Source: Lingula anatina
Lineage: Eukaryota > Animalia > Brachiopoda
Reading direction: 5' to 3'
DNA length: 64,000 nucleotides
NCBI GenBank assembly: GCA_051362555.1
Contig: CM120642.1
Location: 29,574,001 to 29,638,000 of the forward strand
Shown here: piece by piece, positions 58,807 through 64,000 of the stretch
How the letters are laid out: the number at the start of each line of letters is the position of its first letter
Numbering within the stretch: the stretch's first letter is position 1
Program-made: the position numbers and the translations under genes
The notes under the pieces: generated by a model
Database searches by the model: none
What the model was told of the DNA's origin: nothing
The model's input: the letters and a program-made list of their open reading frames with translations, nothing else

Positions 58807-61800
58807 CAGTGAAATTATCATTTTTATTTTTAATCCGTGAAATATATATCTGGATTGTACGTGCCTTAATGTACATCTTACAACTATTCACTGATTCATC
58901 AATGGTGCAAGTAAAGAAAAGAAGTTCCGTTTTATGCATTGTAATATATTTTATTTTACTGCCTGGAAGTGTGATTAAGCACGGAAACCTCCAGGTTAGA
59001 CCTGATATTTGATGAATAAAAACCTCCATGACAGGACACATTATAATGCTGTCTATGATAACTATGTAAATGTTTATTACAATACTTGGTGAGTTAGTAA
59101 AACCACCAAGTTTTCCTTTTTACAATATCCGTTAAAATAAACCAACACAGATGCTGTATCACACAATTTTAAACACTGCGATAGAAAAAATGTGTTCGCA
59201 CTGTAGCAGCAAACGTTACAAACGCACGGCATATTACAGCTGTAAATACACACAATTATGAAAAAATAAAGCATAAGAACAGTCAAATTAGAGCACATTA
59301 GAGTACATTGCTATTAGGTTCTTTCGCTTAATGGTAGTCAGGTTAGCGAGGTGAGGTGTCGGTGCGACGACAAACAGTGGAACAGACAAACAGAGAATTA
59401 AAGTACGTACATGATAGCGGTAGCTATCCTGGTGAAGTATTCAATGCTAACATTTTGTCCAAAATAGAAATTTGTCTATAGGCATTTTTCTAAGTCTCAT
59501 TAAATTGTCCAATTTGGGTGTCATACATTGTGGGTCTATCAAAAGGATTATTAGCCACAGCAACCATTTTGAAATATTCTGATGTTGGTCCAAATCTGCA
59601 CGCGTTGTGCTGACATTTCCAGTTCAAACTAAAACTTGTACTTATCATCAAACTTATATTCAATAGCATTCTTAGATCCCATGGGAGGTGCCAGTAGTCC
59701 TAGCTGTGTGAAATGTCCTACCCCTGTAATAAAGACAACAAAGTATGTACGTAAGGAAGTGATTTCTGATACAGGCTCGAAAGTAAAGTTCTTATATTTA
59801 AAGCAATTTTTGAGAGTTTTGTTCGGGATTTTGTATCCTATCGTGACTGGAAAAAGCAATGAGTAACTCAGGTAATTACATCATCCATTGGTATTTGAAA
59901 AAATACTTTGAACTATGCTGAAATTAAAATCGTTTGGATTTGTACCTTAAGAAAACCAGCAGCAAAGTTGTTCTATGTAAAGACATAAACCCAAAAAATA
60001 ATGCACACAATTGGCTATTTTGTCAATCTTGATGCGACATAACATGTTGTTTTACACCAAAATCATCATGTTTTAACGGGATTGAGCACATTCATGTTAA
60101 ATGGTAGCTCTGGATGTACATGTATCCGTTTTAGTTATGAATAAATGGGGACTTCTATATACAGACTTGACATTAAATATTGAATATTTTAGTTTCAAAG
60201 GTATGTGTGGAAAATGTATTTTTTTTTAACTAAAACGTGCATATTATGTGAAAAATGAGAATATATAAATGTGTTGTAAGGTGTGTCAGTAACAATTAAC
60301 TGTCTGACTTGTCTAAAGCACTGCTGCATTAGGTAATAGGTGGTGGTTTCTTTGGGTATATTATTTTGGCTGGTCTAAGTTCGACTGTGACAGAGCATGG
60401 TTCAGTAAAAAAGTCTCAATATTTCGGCAACACCTGCATGGAAAATTTTGAAATTTTACAAAAAAGTATCGGATGTTACAATGCGTAAACTGAGCGACGC
60501 AGTGTTACAGCACGACGTGTCTGTACATAAAAAGGAATAAAATACATACCAACTGTAAAAACGTTGAATTTGGCAGACTTGTCGCCGCACTGCAAAACAC
60601 ATGTCCCCAGCCTTTCATCGCATAAGGATGCTTCCTTAGAATTAGGGTGGACATGGCCACTTTGGCATTCGGTTTGATTTCTCTTGTCACACGCTATAGC
60701 CCTGCCTTCGTCAACGTGCTCGTGATCGTTACGACATATCGAAGGTCTACAACCTGAAACAACAAAACGGTACGTGAAGGCGCCTAATAATGTGTTAATC
60801 AGTACAGCTTTATCTATCAAATGGTAAGCTTATTAAACTCTAATGAGCCTTTAATCAGAATCGTTTAAATCTATTGAATAAAAGTATTGATAATATGCGA
60901 ACTAATGAATTCAATATCAATAGGTATTTTTTGTTTTCGCGAAAAAGTGAATGTGTCATGCATTATTTACATGTAATGTCAAAAAAGCATACAAAAATTG
61001 TATATTTACCCATCTTTAGCATTTAAACTTTTCTGCACATCTGTGAAGATTTCCAATGTTTGCACCACCTGTGCTTTAACTTGTTCCACATGAACTATTT
61101 ATATTCAACATGGGCCAATCAAAATCGAGAAATTTTACACAATAGAGGCAAAGGAGGATCGATATACTCAAGTCGGATATTCCCACGTTTTTAAATTATA
61201 ATTTGCATTTCATCCATTAATTATGCCACTCCTTTGTGAATGGTCGCCCCTTGAGGAAGACATGCACATGTAAGGGGCTTAATGCACAAGTGACAAAAAT
61301 AAAAAATAACGTTAGCCTTAGCCAGTGCAAGGGGGTTTAACTCCCAAACAAGAAATACCTTGAGAAGACAAACCCAAGACAACATTCATGTTGAGTAGGT
61401 TAGTCCTGATATTTTTCTTTTTTTTCATTTACAGGAACTAGAGTAACACACAAAATAATATGTCCACCAAGTAACTAAATGCTTTGGCTTTCATTATCCC
61501 AACTGTGCTCATAAAATATAATATGTCCCAGGTATTGGTCCCGGTTTTAATGGCATTTAAATACAGTTGAAGGCACCAATGACACCAGTGCCCGTTTTAT
61601 CGATGGTAAACTTTTTAGCTGAGTTTTTGTTATTAAACATTCCTTTGTTATTTCCTAAGCACCCCCTGCACTCTTAATGACTAAACTTTTTGTTATCTTT
61701 GCCGACTGTCAATTTTCCCAGCCGCGGGTCAATAAATTCCCGAGATGACATCATACTTATTTATGTCTGCGTTGCTTACTTATTTGTGTAACGATGAAGT

Positions 61801-61953
61801 AAGTTGTATTTGTCCCATGATTGCACGTTATGTGTCAAGGTGTAGGCTATATGAATAAAGAAATTTATTGACCAGAAGCTTGAATAATTGAGCGATGGAA
61901 ATTTTTTGAGTGAAGTATATCCTTAAATTAAACACACCGTATACAATTATAGA

Positions 61954-62707
61954 TGTATAATAAAACAATTATTGACTTTGGCTTTCAGTCAATTTGTTGT
62001 TTTGCTGGGCTCAGAAAAGCTACAGCGACCGCTCAATTGCAATTGCACTTTCATCATTGTAACGTGTGGCTAAGAGAAAATAATGTTATAAAATTTTGGA
62101 TGGCAGTTTTAGTAAATGGATATGCCAAAAAATATTATTAAAAAAAAAAAGATTAAACTATATTTTTGGAAAATTTAAACAGATTATGTAGGATAACATA
62201 AAGCTTTTAGTAAAACACTATCAAATAGACGGATATTGTTTGTCTCATTATTTCAGTGTGTCGTGGTGTTTGCCAGTATTTGTACTAGTCAGACCACTGT
62301 TGTGTAGGTAAAATTGTACTTTAAGCTTGTATAAGCAAGGTTTTCTGATGTTTAAGGTAGATTGTTCTCAAATTTTTAATAAGTTTCAGAGTTAATTTAC
62401 GCTTTTATATATTTATTACTTTTATTATGATAATTCATTCTTTCACGAAGTTAATTATTTAGTTAAGTATTTTTGTTTTTTATTTCTTTTATGCCACCTT
62501 CAGAACATTTCAACATCTCAGCTATTAATAATCTTGTGCAACTATTGGACTGTGGTATGATTGCATATGTGGGAAAATAAGCTGTTTTAAAAAACTCAGC
62601 TGTACTTTACAGCTTTGAAAAGTTATCCATTTCTAATTGTATTCATTCACTCTAAGCGTGTTGCTCCTGCACAGTGTTAAGATTCTTTATTGTTGATAAG
62701 TTTTAAG
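61954..62707 (-). repeat. Inverted copy of the 38931-39730 interspersed repeat
   Basis: Reverse-complement similarity along its length. Confidence 0.85.
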
Positions 62708-64000
62708 CAGTTTTTGGGCACAAACTCCCTTTTTTGGGACAGCTGTCATAACGTTTCGCTGCTTTTAAAGCGGTGTGGAGTAGTGAATGACTTTCTACGT
62801 CACTATAGGTAAGTAAATGACATATCATCATGAAAGTTGGCATGTTTTATTTATTTATTTTTTTTTTGTTTGGTCATAAGAAGTGAGCTCTCAACTGTTT
62901 TTTTATTAAACAAAGGTATTTTATAGACTCTTCACCAATGGATTCAGAAGTAAATATTCAAGAAAGGCACCTGATTGTAGTACTTACTGATACAAGTTCT
63001 GTAGTAATGATTACAACTTGGCATGAGCATTCATTGAATGTGGTCATATGCTAAATCAAAGCTACGAATCAGTGAACTGGACTCGTCTACTATTATTGTC
63101 AGTGAATAGCGTTTTTTTCATTTTTTTTGTGCGTGTCATTAAGAAACCAAAAATAACCCTTTTATCTTTTCAATTAACTCTGATTTTAAAATTCTATAAA
63201 AGGTAATTGATTTCCGTGCAGCAATTCATAATAATTACTTGTGGGTTTTTTATATAAAGATTAGATACACATTTAAACGGCCCGGATGCAATAAAAGCGC
63301 CCTGCATGGGCTGTACTCTCACAGAAAGAGAAGTGGGTGTATTTTTCTTTTGACGTTGGACCTTCAACCTATTGAGTAGAAAAAGGTAAACATTTGATCG
63401 GTCGTTTTTATTTACTCAAGTGCTACGTGTTTGACTACTTTTATATACAAACGTTTGTAAAGCAGACAGTTATGGGATGCCGAAGGTTGTTCCGTAGGGT
63501 TATTTTTCAAAAAAATTCTCAATGGGTGCATGGCCATGGTGCCATTGGTACATGTACACAAGCAAAGTCAAAAGTCTGCTACCAACACGATGTTCTCATC
63601 CTTTTTAAAAACCGACAGATATTTTTTCTCTACATTCAGCACAAGGCAATTATTAGTTATTACCCCATTCCATCACTGATTCAGTGAAACGCTTCGTAAT
63701 TATCACGAAGCAGCGTTATTAATGTATTATCAGGTAATTATATAATAGAGATTCTTTTATAGTTGATAGTTCACTTCTCCAAATGCTGTGAAATGTGATG
63801 TGATTTGTGCTGTGTTGTATAAGTGCCAATCTGTAGACCGCGTGCTGATACTACTTCTGCGCAAGCGTTAATTCTTGGAAAGCTATTAGTACTATGAGTT
63901 ATCACTTTTAAATTATTAAAATATGGTCATATGCCAATATTGAAACTACACGTCACTGGCACGAATCATTAAATCTCAAAATCGATCATCTTTATGGCTG

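Noticed and set aside
58900-64000. Short ORFs in the right-hand 5 kb
   Set aside because: No recognisable motifs or consistent exon chain; AT-rich and repeat-derived

Overview
AT-rich, intron-containing animal DNA, probably from a marine invertebrate (mollusc-like repeats; inference). It holds four + strand genes. (1) The 3' end of a gene entering from the left edge, with a putative degenerate FkbM-like methyltransferase fold and a Q/P-rich tail (1-1314). (2) A laminin gene of 26 coding exons and about 1897 aa (4144-36663), with all GT-AG phases reconciled by hand. Its architecture is non-canonical: a netrin-G-like LN domain, both a beta-type LF/L4b and a gamma/alpha-type L4a domain, then a coiled coil. 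(3) An 835 aa protein from 3 coding exons, with a Nal1/Ssy5-type trypsin-like serine protease domain and a C-terminal hydrophobic segment (47476-53597). (4) A single-exon LRR-Ig-transmembrane gene (56758-58806). The strongest candidate novelty is a phase-compatible 1.43 kb exon inside a laminin intron (20389-21818). It encodes a stalk, a TM helix, a Cys cluster and a long cytoplasmic tail with a PDZ-type end, predicting a single-pass membrane laminin/netrin-G-like isoform. Just upstream lies a duplication-inversion-duplication that places an 834 bp antisense copy of two laminin exons in the same pre-mRNA. Introns also hold a truncated L2/CR1-type LINE, two Helentron-associated-like tandem-repeat elements, several MITEs and microsatellites. 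All homology calls are from motif recognition, not database searches.
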